DNA from: Candidatus Methanomethylicia archaeon
GTDB taxonomy: Archaea; Thermoproteota; Methanomethylicia; CALHIW01
NCBI GenBank assembly: GCA_038845975.1
Contig: JAWBQF010000014.1
Coordinates: 1-11,857, forward strand
Length of the DNA stretch: 11,857 nt
Direction of reading: 5' to 3'
Shown here one piece after another: positions 1 through 7,807 of the stretch (position 1 is the first letter of the stretch; the number at the start of each line of letters is the position of its first letter). The notes beneath the pieces were generated by a model. The model saw nothing but the letters and a program-made list of their open reading frames with translations, did not search any database and was not told where the DNA came from. A program made the translations under genes and the position numbers.

Positions 1-10
1 CTTGAATAGT

Positions 11-44
11 TAACTTTATATAACATTTCTTAACACTTATTTAC
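11..44 (+). repeat. Left-end subterminal motif array with 10-bp period (putative TnpA binding sites)
   Basis: TAAC at 11, 21 and 31 and TTAC at 41. Inverted copies (GTTA) lie at 1807 and 1817 at the right end. IS607 ends are known to carry short repeated TnpA-binding motifs. Confidence 0.7.
15..23 (+). promoter_or_regulatory. Archaeal TATA box for tnpA (probably leaderless transcript)
   Basis: TTTATATAA at 15-23, about 22 nt before ATG 45, with no Shine-Dalgarno motif in between. Confidence 0.6.
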
Positions 45-671
45 ATGATGATTGAGAAGTTGCTGACGCTCAGCGAAGCCTGTAAGAGGTTAGGGGTTCA
101 TCCTAATACGCTTAGAAAATGGGATAGAGAAGGTAAGGTTAGAGTTGTTAGAACTGTTGGTGGTAGGAGGAGGATACCTGAGAGTGAAGTTGAACGTTTG
201 ATGGGCGTTGTTAAACCAGACGTGTCTAAAAAGGCTGTGATTTATACCAGAGTTTCTTCTCATGACCAGAAAGGGGATTTAGAGAGGCAGAAGCAAAGTT
301 TACTGAATTACGCCAAATCTAAAGGATATGAAGTTATCGCAATCTTAGAGGATGTGGCAAGCGGGCTTAACGAGAATAGAAAGTCCTTGAACAAAATTTT
401 TGACATGGTTGAGAGAAGGGAGGTAGGAACTGTTATAATAGCTTTTAAGGATAGGCTTACAAGATTCGGCTTTAAATACTTGGAGCGTTATTTCGCTTCT
501 CATAACGTAAAAATTGAAGTTGTTAATGGTGAAGAGCCTAAAGATGCCTACCAAGAGCTTGTAGAGGATCTCATCACTTTGGTTTCAAGTTTTGCGGGGA
601 AGCTCTATGGTTTGAGAAGCCACAAGTATAAGAAGGTGGTTGAGGGTGTCAAACAGCTTATTGCTGAATGA
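45..671 (+). CDS. tnpA: IS607-family transposase TnpA (MerR-like HTH + serine recombinase)
   Basis: N-terminal HTH LTLSEACKRLGVHPNTLRKWDREG and TVGGRRR wing; catalytic YTRVSS (Ser71), DLERQ, EDVASG, DRLTRFG; C-terminal ELVEDLITLVSSFAGKLYG typical of IS607 TnpA. Start may be ATG 45 or ATG 48. Confidence 0.96.
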   Translation: MMIEKLLTLSEACKRLGVHPNTLRKWDREGKVRVVRTVGGRRRIPESEVERLMGVVKPDVSKKAVIYTRVSSHDQKGDLERQKQSLLNYAKSKGYEVIAILEDVASGLNENRKSLNKIFDMVERREVGTVIIAFKDRLTRFGFKYLERYFASHNVKIEVVNGEEPKDAYQELVEDLITLVSSFAGKLYGLRSHKYKKVVEGVKQLIAE

Positions 672-1821
672 GACCTGCAAGTTTAAGCTACAGCCCAACG
701 ATGAGCAAGCGATCGTTCTTGAGGATCTTTTTAAGACTTACTCAGAGATGGTTAAAGCATGTTTGGATAGAGCTATACATCTAAACGTAACCTCACGTAA
801 GAAGCTCCATGAAGCAATTTATAGGGAGCTGAGGACGAAATATCCGAATTATCCATCTCATTACATTTATACGGCTATAACACAGGCTCTAAGTATATTC
901 AAATCTTACAGGAGGCTCTCTAGGAAGAGGAGAGAAATTAATCCTCCAAGAATTGAAAAACTAAACACAATCCTCTTGGACGATGCCCACCTATTCTGGT
1001 TCAGTTGGGGAAGCATAAAGTTGGCTACGCATAAAGGGCATATTACAATTCCGTTCAAGGTTCATGAGCATTCAAGGAAGTTCATGCATTGGCAGGTTAA
1101 AGGCTCAAGGCTTGTAAGATTTAATGATGAATACTATCTTCATATCACTTTTAGAAAGACAGTTGGGGAGAAAGAGGCTGAAGGCATACTAGGTATCGAT
1201 GTTAACGAGAGCAGCATAGACCTGGCTGTTGTGAAGCCGAACAAGGTTAAGTTCATCAAGATAGATATAAGTGAGGCGAAATACATTAGAGACAGATACT
1301 TCAGGAAGAGGAGGAGCATTCAGAGTAAGACTTCGGGGGAAACAAAAGCTAAGCTGTTAGCAAAGTATTCTGGAAGGGAAAAGCAGAGAGTAAGCGACAT
1401 ACTCCATAGAGCAACGAAGATTATAGCTGGTATAATCGCCGAGGAAAACGTTAAACCTGTAATGGAGAAACTCACCCATATCAGGGAGAGGATACGGTAT
1501 GGTAGGGAGATGAATAGAAGGCTCCACAGCATACCATTCAGAAAAATTCAGTTTTACATCTCCTATAAGTCGATGGAGCTAGGCTTTAAGCCGGAAACCG
1601 TTAAAGCGAAAAACACCTCTAGGACATGGCCGATATGTGGCGAAATTAGTAAGCCGAATGGACATGTCTTTAAATGCAGGAAACGCGGTCTTCAGGCGGA
1701 TAGGCACTTAATCGGCGCCTTAAACATAGCCATGAAACTTCCAATGTGGGGTGCTTTACCGTTGCCCCTGAAAGCCACCGATGAATTTAAAGAAGTGGAA
1801 CGGATAGTTATAAAATGTTAA
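640..1821 (+). CDS. tnpB: TnpB RNA-guided nuclease-family protein with altered RuvC-III and zinc finger (possibly nuclease-dead)
   Basis: N-terminal KFKLQP; RuvC-I LGIDVN (D187); RuvC-II VMEKL (E276); NRRLH...F.KIQFYISYK; NTSRT zinc-ribbon region; ADRH..GALNI. Overlaps the tnpA 3' end. The true start may be GTG 646 or TTG 661. Confidence 0.93.
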   Translation: MRVSNSLLLNETCKFKLQPNDEQAIVLEDLFKTYSEMVKACLDRAIHLNVTSRKKLHEAIYRELRTKYPNYPSHYIYTAITQALSIFKSYRRLSRKRREINPPRIEKLNTILLDDAHLFWFSWGSIKLATHKGHITIPFKVHEHSRKFMHWQVKGSRLVRFNDEYYLHITFRKTVGEKEAEGILGIDVNESSIDLAVVKPNKVKFIKIDISEAKYIRDRYFRKRRSIQSKTSGETKAKLLAKYSGREKQRVSDILHRATKIIAGIIAEENVKPVMEKLTHIRERIRYGREMNRRLHSIPFRKIQFYISYKSMELGFKPETVKAKNTSRTWPICGEISKPNGHVFKCRKRGLQADRHLIGALNIAMKLPMWGALPLPLKATDEFKEVERIVIKC

Positions 1822-1855
1822 CTATCCGACAACGGTTGCTGAATATGCTATTAGC
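1745..1855 (+). ncRNA. Putative TnpB omegaRNA (right-end RNA) scaffold plus flank-derived guide; 5' and 3' limits approximate
   Basis: GGGG 1748-1751 can pair with CCCC 1765-1768, enclosing ACCGTTG (1758-1764), which is complementary to CAACGGT (1830-1836), a pseudoknot-like arrangement. A 10-bp hairpin lies at 1801-1828. The position overlapping the tnpB 3' end and the IS right end matches known TnpB omegaRNAs. Confidence 0.65.
1801..1828. repeat. Perfect 10-bp inverted repeat (hairpin) at the IS right end
   Basis: CGGATAGTTA (1801-1810) and TAACTATCCG (1819-1828) with an 8-nt loop; spans the tnpB stop codon. Confidence 0.85.
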
Positions 1856-2249
1856 TTAGTTTACCTATTTTTTAAGAATGCCTGAGCAATATCAATATAT
1901 TTCCCTAACTTGATCTGGTGATAGTTGATCATCATGAAAGCCACTTATATGAGGCACATATGTAACACTAAAGCTTTAGATGTCTCTCCCCCATAAATCT
2001 TTGATACGCTATTGGAGCGAATCTAGTAATCCTATACTCCACCTACATAGTTTACAGCTTCCCCATACTCATCAAGACCATGTTAATACGTAAATTAAAG
2101 GCTAAATAGGGAAGATTAAGATATAAGGAGCCTTAGTATAATGGTCACTACAGTATTAATGAAGCTATTATTTGAAACACCCTATATAGTTGAAAATCAT
2201 AGCTAGTAGACCTATACTTACCTATTAACTTCTAATGATTTATTATGTT

Positions 2250-2742
2250 TATGAAAGTTATAGAAAAAGCTTCATTATTAGTTTAGCTATAGAACCTATA
2301 AATCTACGATTCATGTTTTAGCTAAGTTTTCAAAGAGGCAAGATTTCAAGAGAAGCAAATATATGGAAGATGTATAGCAATGGATGAGGTGAAATTAAGA
2401 ATAAAAAAGAAAAATTGTACATATTTGCTGCAATAAATATAAAAGAATTATTGGCTTTAGAATAGCTATGAAAAAGCTATCAGATACTTTAATATTTTAG
2501 AGGATTATACAAAATAAACTTATTATCGTAGATAAAGGTCCATGGCATATATGGTATTTAAAAGACTAGGATTAGAATACGGGCATAAAGATTTAAATTG
2601 GAAGTAGAGTAGGGATTTTTAGATATTTAGAAGTAATGATAGTATTTCATGATAAGTTGAGTGCAAGGAATTATAAGGATAAAATCTAAATCTATTCCTA
2701 ATTTATTTGCATTATATTACCAAGCTATAAGAGTTATTAAGA
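2250..2742 (+). pseudogene. Degraded IS6-family DDE transposase (archaeal type)
   Basis: Collinear fragments in shifting frames: RCIAMDEVKLRIK (from 2368), LYIFAAINIKELLAL, LIIVDKGPWHIW (~2519-2554), KRLGLEY, FRYLE..IVFHDKLSARN and LFALYYQAIR. These resemble the IS6 motifs IAxDET, YxxAAxD and VDxGPWY. Several frameshifts and stops; boundaries approximate. Confidence 0.8.
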
Positions 2743-2885
2743 TACTTACCCGGGTAGTGTATATTGTCTAATAGTTAAGTATATAAGTTTTTATTTAGAA
2801 TGCTTTTGAGCTAATAATGGCTTCGAATGCTATTCTTGTACTGATATTGTTAAGATATTCCATAACTTCTATAATAGTGGTTTAA

Positions 2886-4133
2886 ATGAGTGGGTTAAAC
2901 ATAATTTATATAGTGGATACAGTATATCCATATTATGATGGGGGACATGAGCGACGATTCTTTGAGCTTGCTAAACGCCTTGCTATGAGGGGGTGTAAAG
3001 TTACAATCTTCACTTCAATACCTAGAAATACATGTCATAATGGTATAAACTTCATTAATGTATGCTATAGAAAGAGTTTTTTTACGGATTATGGATATAG
3101 ATCTATAAGTGGTGAGGTTGAATTTTCAATTAAGCTTTTTGAGAAAATTATAAAATATGAGAAGCTAATAAAGAGCTCTGATATTATTGAGGTTAATCAA
3201 AGCTCTCTATTTCACATATTTCCTGTTAAAATTTTAAGGAGAACTGTAGATGGGGAATTGAGGCTCGCTATGACTGTACATGAATGCCTCATAGAGTATT
3301 TTAATGATTACTGGAGAAGTAGATTATCTAGCTTAAAACTATATGGAGTATTAGGATTAGTATCTAAGAGTTTATATTTAAACGCTTTAAAATGTGCTGA
3401 CTTCTATATTGTACCTTCAAAACCTGTTTTTAAATCATTAATTCAACATGGAGTAGCTAAAGAGAAGATACAATATATTCCGAATGGTATTGATATAAAG
3501 CTTTACAGTAAATATCGTAGTAAGCAAACAAGTAAAAATAAGCTAACTATATCCTTTCTAGGTAGGCTAGTACCTGAAAAAAGAGTTGAATGGATTATAG
3601 TAGCATTAAAAAACATACTAAGACGTAATCCTACCCTTACAGGTCGTTTAGAAGTCAACATTATAGGTAGTGGTCCATTAACACCTACCTTAAACAACTT
3701 AGTATACAGATATGGTTTAAATGGAATTGTTAAGCTTAGAGGCTACGTTTCAGATAATGAGAAGCTTAATCTTCTAGCTGAATCAGACATCTTCTGCCTT
3801 CCCTCAAGAAGAGAGGGTTTCTCTCTTGCTCTTCTTGAAGCTATGTTTTTCGGAGCTGCTCCAATAGTAACCATAGATTCTAAAAGGATAGGTATTAACG
3901 GAGTATTGGAGTTGATTTCACATCTAAGAAATGGATATGTTACACATAGTTTTAACGAGTTTAGAAATGGATTATATAGACTTATTATAGATGATGATCT
4001 ACGTAGTATGCTTCAAAGAAACGCTATGAAAACAGCAGAACATTATGACTGGGATAATATTACATTAAAAGCGGAAAACATATATAGAAAAATATCCAAC
4101 AATCTTAAACCACCAGACACAAACTACAGCTAA
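2886..4133 (+). CDS. Glycosyltransferase family 4 (GT-B fold, RfaG-like)
   Basis: N-terminal YPYYDGGHERR...LAKRLAMRGCKVTIFT; IPNGID; FLGRLVPEKR; IIGSGP; PSRREGFSLALLEAM (EX7E motif); C-terminal YDW. Confidence 0.93.
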   Translation: MSGLNIIYIVDTVYPYYDGGHERRFFELAKRLAMRGCKVTIFTSIPRNTCHNGINFINVCYRKSFFTDYGYRSISGEVEFSIKLFEKIIKYEKLIKSSDIIEVNQSSLFHIFPVKILRRTVDGELRLAMTVHECLIEYFNDYWRSRLSSLKLYGVLGLVSKSLYLNALKCADFYIVPSKPVFKSLIQHGVAKEKIQYIPNGIDIKLYSKYRSKQTSKNKLTISFLGRLVPEKRVEWIIVALKNILRRNPTLTGRLEVNIIGSGPLTPTLNNLVYRYGLNGIVKLRGYVSDNEKLNLLAESDIFCLPSRREGFSLALLEAMFFGAAPIVTIDSKRIGINGVLELISHLRNGYVTHSFNEFRNGLYRLIIDDDLRSMLQRNAMKTAEHYDWDNITLKAENIYRKISNNLKPPDTNYS

Positions 4134-4378
4134 TAAGAAAATTGCCATTAACAGATACTGTTACTAACCTATGATAATGGATACTGTTTACTTTATGCTT
4201 AAGAACTTCATAAACCTCCAAAGCAGTAAACTAATACTTACTAAAGAGTGGAAAAATGAAGATAAGAAATATGTTTAAATTTAAGAATAACTAGTTAAAC
4301 ATAGTAGAATAGATTGAAGTCCAAGCATAAGCCAGATTATAAAAATTTAAGCCTACAATACTATACATATGGAGACCT

Positions 4379-5212
4379 ATGGAGTTTAGAGAAATGGAAA
4401 AACCTATAGCAAGCATAGTTATACCTACATTAAACTCAGAGCAACATATTGAGTACTGTATTAAATCCCTACTAAACCAGACATGTAAAAACCTGGAAAT
4501 CATAGTTGTTGATGGTGGTAGTAATGATAAAACCCTAGAAGTATTGTTGAAGTATCCTAATGTAAAGGTAATTGTAGCGAGAGGAGGGAGATCATATCAG
4601 AAGAATCTAGGAGCCTATAATGCAAGTGGGAAATACGTATACTTCATTGATAGCGACTTCTACCTAGAATCTATAGTTGTTGAGAAATGCATTACTGCAT
4701 GTGAAGTCATGGGTTATGATGCTGTAGCAGTAAACAATATACCATATGTAAATAGTAAATCAATATTTAGCAAAGCTACATTCTGGCATAGATTCTATCT
4801 CTCACAGTGTAGAGGTAAAATTGCAGCTAGATTCATACGTAAAGATGTTTTTCTTAAATTAGGCGGGTTCAATACCACCCTATACTTCGGGGAAGATCTG
4901 GATCTTCATAGAAGAATTAAAAATAATGGGTTTAAGATAGGATTAGTAAACGTGAATGAATACCATCTAGGTGAACCTACAAATACAAAGCAATACTTAA
5001 AAAGATACTTATACTACTCGCCAAACATAATCAAATACATTACACAAAACAAGTATGAAGCCATACTCCACATAATATCAATCTACTACATACTTAAAGC
5101 ATTCAAGAAAACACCAAGCCCACTAGCCCCATACATACTAGCCCTAGAAATAATACGTTTAAAAACACTTGCCATAGGATACATAATACGTAAAGCAGTA
5201 AGGAGGCTATAA
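4379..5212 (+). CDS. Glycosyltransferase family 2 (GT-A fold)
   Basis: SIVIPTLNSE, EIIVVDGGSND, KNLGAYNASGKYVYFIDSD (DXD), GGFN...GEDLDL; hydrophobic/amphipathic C-terminus. GGAG precedes ATG 4379; ATG 4394 is an alternative start. Confidence 0.93.
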   Translation: MEFREMEKPIASIVIPTLNSEQHIEYCIKSLLNQTCKNLEIIVVDGGSNDKTLEVLLKYPNVKVIVARGGRSYQKNLGAYNASGKYVYFIDSDFYLESIVVEKCITACEVMGYDAVAVNNIPYVNSKSIFSKATFWHRFYLSQCRGKIAARFIRKDVFLKLGGFNTTLYFGEDLDLHRRIKNNGFKIGLVNVNEYHLGEPTNTKQYLKRYLYYSPNIIKYITQNKYEAILHIISIYYILKAFKKTPSPLAPYILALEIIRLKTLAIGYIIRKAVRRL

Positions 5213-5482
5213 TCAACTATAAGACCATAGCTACAAGTAGAGTAGAAGAGGCTACTTAACCAGTAAAGCCAGAGTATCCAAGTAAACTTTAATCCATGAA
5301 TTAACCTAAAATCAGCACTACATCTTATCTACACAGCAAGACATAATAGCTATATGCCCGAATAATTTAGAGAACATTTAAACCTCACCATTAAGTATAA
5401 TAATGAAAACTACAGGATATAGAATCATTAAGACCACTTGAAATCTAACAATTAATATATAATATCTTAAGAGTTATATAAT

Positions 5483-6772
5483 TTAATGCTTAGATTTCAG
5501 TCTTCCATACTTAGCTTTACAATACATAATTGCTAATATAGCTAAAAATACTACTATTACTACTAGGAGGCTATTGTTAGTTTTAACCTCCATATTTAAT
5601 GTGATTGAGGTTAATTTATGGTTTTCCGGATTCAATATATATACCGTATCCCCAACTAAAACTGCATAGAATCCCTCTGTCTTCATTGATGATGAAGCGT
5701 TTAAAACATATATTTCACTTACTGATTTCCCAGTTATGTAGAGAATCTTTGCCTTATCCTCCTCAACCACTCTAACTAGTAAAGCATTACCCTCAACATC
5801 TACATCTAGAATACCGTTTTTAGGATTTAACGGTAAATATACTCCCTGAGGTATTATTGAAAGCTTTTGGTTTACTGTTATGTCCTGCCCATTCCTAAAT
5901 ATTATTTTTGAAACTGTTTTTTGATCTAGTATTACATAGTCCATGTATGACGAGACTTTTACCGGTCCTTCAAGCTCATAGAATTTCTCAGGATAAGCTA
6001 CATAATACTCTATTCTCTTCATTATGGGATTGTAGACTGAAACATAGGATTCCCATACACCGTTTTTGTTAAATACCTGTATGAATGGATATGCTAGAGC
6101 AGCTACCGGTACTAGGGATGGTAGTTCTAGTAGGGTTTGGTTTTCCATTATGTCTACTATTTGCGGTGTTATCCATTGCTTACCGTTTTTAATTTCGATT
6201 TTGAAGGATGCAGCTATTAATGTATCGCCATATCTATGCAGTGTCATAGCCATTCTCCCACTATAAACTGCCTTCAATCTAATTCCCCCCTGCTCAATAC
6301 GGTAAGCTTCTATTAAGGCATGGGTTGTATTGGCTTTTATTATGGCGAAGCCTTTCCTACATGCTGAAGCTGCCTGTATCATTTCACCTAATACTTGGTT
6401 TTGCTGGGTTACTGTGAACTCATATGTTTTCATATAAATCTCCTCTCCACTTGTTAAGTTATATACTGCTATTATGGTTTTCCCAGATTTTTCTGTTGGA
6501 CTTACATATAGGTATAGGTAGAGGTATTGCTCATAGATTTCAAAGTCTATTATTGAATACTCAACCCCTCTACTTATGAAGCTTATTTTTGACAATGGTT
6601 CTGTTCGGTTTTGACTTAGAAGTTTATGGATTTCCCCATTGCTATAGAGAACATACCTCTCGTTTCCACCAAAACCTAATGCTATAGGGTTTCCTAAATC
6701 TTCAGCTGAGCATTTTAGTGTTGCTAACACAATTAATAGTAGAGTAAGTAGGGCTAGATAGATTCTACTCAT
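5483..6772 (-). CDS. Hypothetical secreted, C-terminally membrane-anchored protein
   Basis: 429-aa ORF with signal peptide (MSRIYLALLTLLLIVLATLKCSA), beta-rich body with 6 N-X-S/T sequons, C-terminal TM helix (LLVVIVVFLAILAIMY) and basic tail. Start overlaps the upstream stop (ATGA, 6769-6772). Confidence 0.85.
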   Translation of the reverse strand: MSRIYLALLTLLLIVLATLKCSAEDLGNPIALGFGGNERYVLYSNGEIHKLLSQNRTEPLSKISFISRGVEYSIIDFEIYEQYLYLYLYVSPTEKSGKTIIAVYNLTSGEEIYMKTYEFTVTQQNQVLGEMIQAASACRKGFAIIKANTTHALIEAYRIEQGGIRLKAVYSGRMAMTLHRYGDTLIAASFKIEIKNGKQWITPQIVDIMENQTLLELPSLVPVAALAYPFIQVFNKNGVWESYVSVYNPIMKRIEYYVAYPEKFYELEGPVKVSSYMDYVILDQKTVSKIIFRNGQDITVNQKLSIIPQGVYLPLNPKNGILDVDVEGNALLVRVVEEDKAKILYITGKSVSEIYVLNASSSMKTEGFYAVLVGDTVYILNPENHKLTSITLNMEVKTNNSLLVVIVVFLAILAIMYCKAKYGRLKSKH

Positions 6773-7734
6773 TTTAGACGTCTCCTTATGATAAGTATTA
6801 CGGTGGTTATTATAGCTACTGCTAGTATTATTGCAAGCATCATATATTTTGTAGTGTTTATTAGCTGATTTCTACTTTTCAAGTACTCTGTGAAGGGCTT
6901 TGCAAGCGGATATTTATCTTCAGACATCGCTGTTCCACTTATCCTTCTCGACTCATCCATCACTCCATCTCCATCCATGTCTTTTAATGAGCTTATACCA
7001 AACCAATAATTTCCAAGCCTTAACGTTTCACTATACCACTTATTGTTTAAGCCATAATCCTCCACTTCACCATTTAAAAAGTTGTTTAAATATATTGTTG
7101 CGTTTTGACACTCGCTTAGAAGCTTTATTGAGGATTCCGTAGCATTTACAGTATTATATCTGAAGATAATGCCTACTGCTTGCCGAGCTATAAGAGCCAT
7201 AGTTTGATTAAATTGAGACCATTCCACTATTATGTTTCCCGATGTTTTACCACGAATAGATATGGATGGACCTGGATTCCCAGTAAAGCTACAGTTTCTT
7301 ACAGATACAATTGTCGAGTTGACTAGGAGAATAAATGTCTGCCTGATATCTAGGTTTTCAAGAGTTAACTTACTTGCATTAAGAATAGTTATAGCTGGTT
7401 CTACTCCAGGCGGATCTATTATGAAGCCTAATCCCTTTATTGTTACATTTTGCGTATAAGCTACCAATAGCGGCATAAGTATTACTGGATTACCCTCACC
7501 CAGCAGAGTAATTGACTTATTGATGTATATGGCTTCAACATATACTCCACGCTTCACCCTTACAGTCCCACCATCTAACACCATAGCTATAGCCTTATTA
7601 ATAGATTGAACATCATCAGGCACAGTTATAACTACTAAATCTTGATAACCATAAATATCCAGCATAATAATAGAAAACATAAAGATAAGAGAAAACATTA
7701 ATAATAAGAGGGAAAAAATAAGCTTCCTAAACAT
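6769..7734 (-). CDS. NosD/CASH-like right-handed parallel beta-helix cell-surface protein, membrane anchored
   Basis: ITVPDDVQSINKAI...GGTVRVKRGVYVEAIYINKSITLLG cap, Asn-rich beta-helix coils, IYLNNF...GNYW...DMDGDGVMD...DKYPL, typical of archaeal NosD-domain proteins. N-terminal hydrophobic segment, C-terminal TM plus RRRLK, 9 sequons. Confidence 0.85.
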   Translation of the reverse strand: MFRKLIFSLLLLMFSLIFMFSIIMLDIYGYQDLVVITVPDDVQSINKAIAMVLDGGTVRVKRGVYVEAIYINKSITLLGEGNPVILMPLLVAYTQNVTIKGLGFIIDPPGVEPAITILNASKLTLENLDIRQTFILLVNSTIVSVRNCSFTGNPGPSISIRGKTSGNIIVEWSQFNQTMALIARQAVGIIFRYNTVNATESSIKLLSECQNATIYLNNFLNGEVEDYGLNNKWYSETLRLGNYWFGISSLKDMDGDGVMDESRRISGTAMSEDKYPLAKPFTEYLKSRNQLINTTKYMMLAIILAVAIITTVILIIRRRLK

Positions 7735-7753
7735 AACTCAAGCATATACTAAG

Positions 7754-7770
7754 TTTAATAAACAAAAAAA
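7754..7770 (-). terminator. Oligo-T terminator of the 876-aa gene, abutting a possible TATA box for the downstream gene
   Basis: The minus strand reads TTTTTTT (7770-7764) about 37 nt after the stop, then TTTATTAAA (7762-7754) 20 nt before ATG 7734. Confidence 0.5.
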
Positions 7771-7807
7771 TAGAGATATATTTACAATAAGGTTAATCCC
7801 ACCAGTA

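Larger units (their letters stand above)
1..1835 (+). mobile_element. IS607-family insertion sequence (tnpA + tnpB); left terminus probably a few bases before the window start
   Basis: HTH-serine recombinase overlapping a tnpB. Bases 6-24 (ATAGTTAACTTTATATAAC) are the reverse complement of 1807-1825 (GTTATAAAATGTTAACTAT) at 17/19 positions. The right end is placed at the GG of CAACGG (1834-1835), since IS607 junctions carry a GG core. Sequence becomes more AT-rich after 1835. Confidence 0.9.

Noticed and set aside
345-554. 69-aa minus-strand ORF
   Set aside because: Antisense shadow inside tnpA; no motifs.
1320-1532. 70-aa hydrophobic minus-strand ORF
   Set aside because: Antisense to purine-rich tnpB codons, which explains the hydrophobicity.
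1935-1944. TGAAAGCCAC repeated at 1769-1778 and 1935-1944
   Set aside because: Only 10 nt with no flanking similarity; not enough for a second IS end or a repeat array.
1950-2100. Short minus-strand peptides (HGLDEYGEAVNYVGGV, ITRFAPIAYQRFMGERHLKL)
   Set aside because: Interrupted by stops and match no family I recognise; cannot support a pseudogene call.
3503-3697. 64-aa minus-strand ORF
   Set aside because: Antisense within the GT4 gene.
4154-4192. Short direct repeat GATACTGTT(T)ACT, two copies
   Set aside because: Two short imperfect copies in AT-rich DNA; not a CRISPR array and no other support.
4291-4503. 70-aa minus-strand ORF
   Set aside because: Mostly antisense to the GT2 start; no recognisable features.
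6769-7734. Calling the beta-helix gene nosD (nitrous oxide reductase maturation)
   Set aside because: No nosZ/nosF/nosY nearby; NosD-like beta-helix domains are common in archaeal surface proteins.
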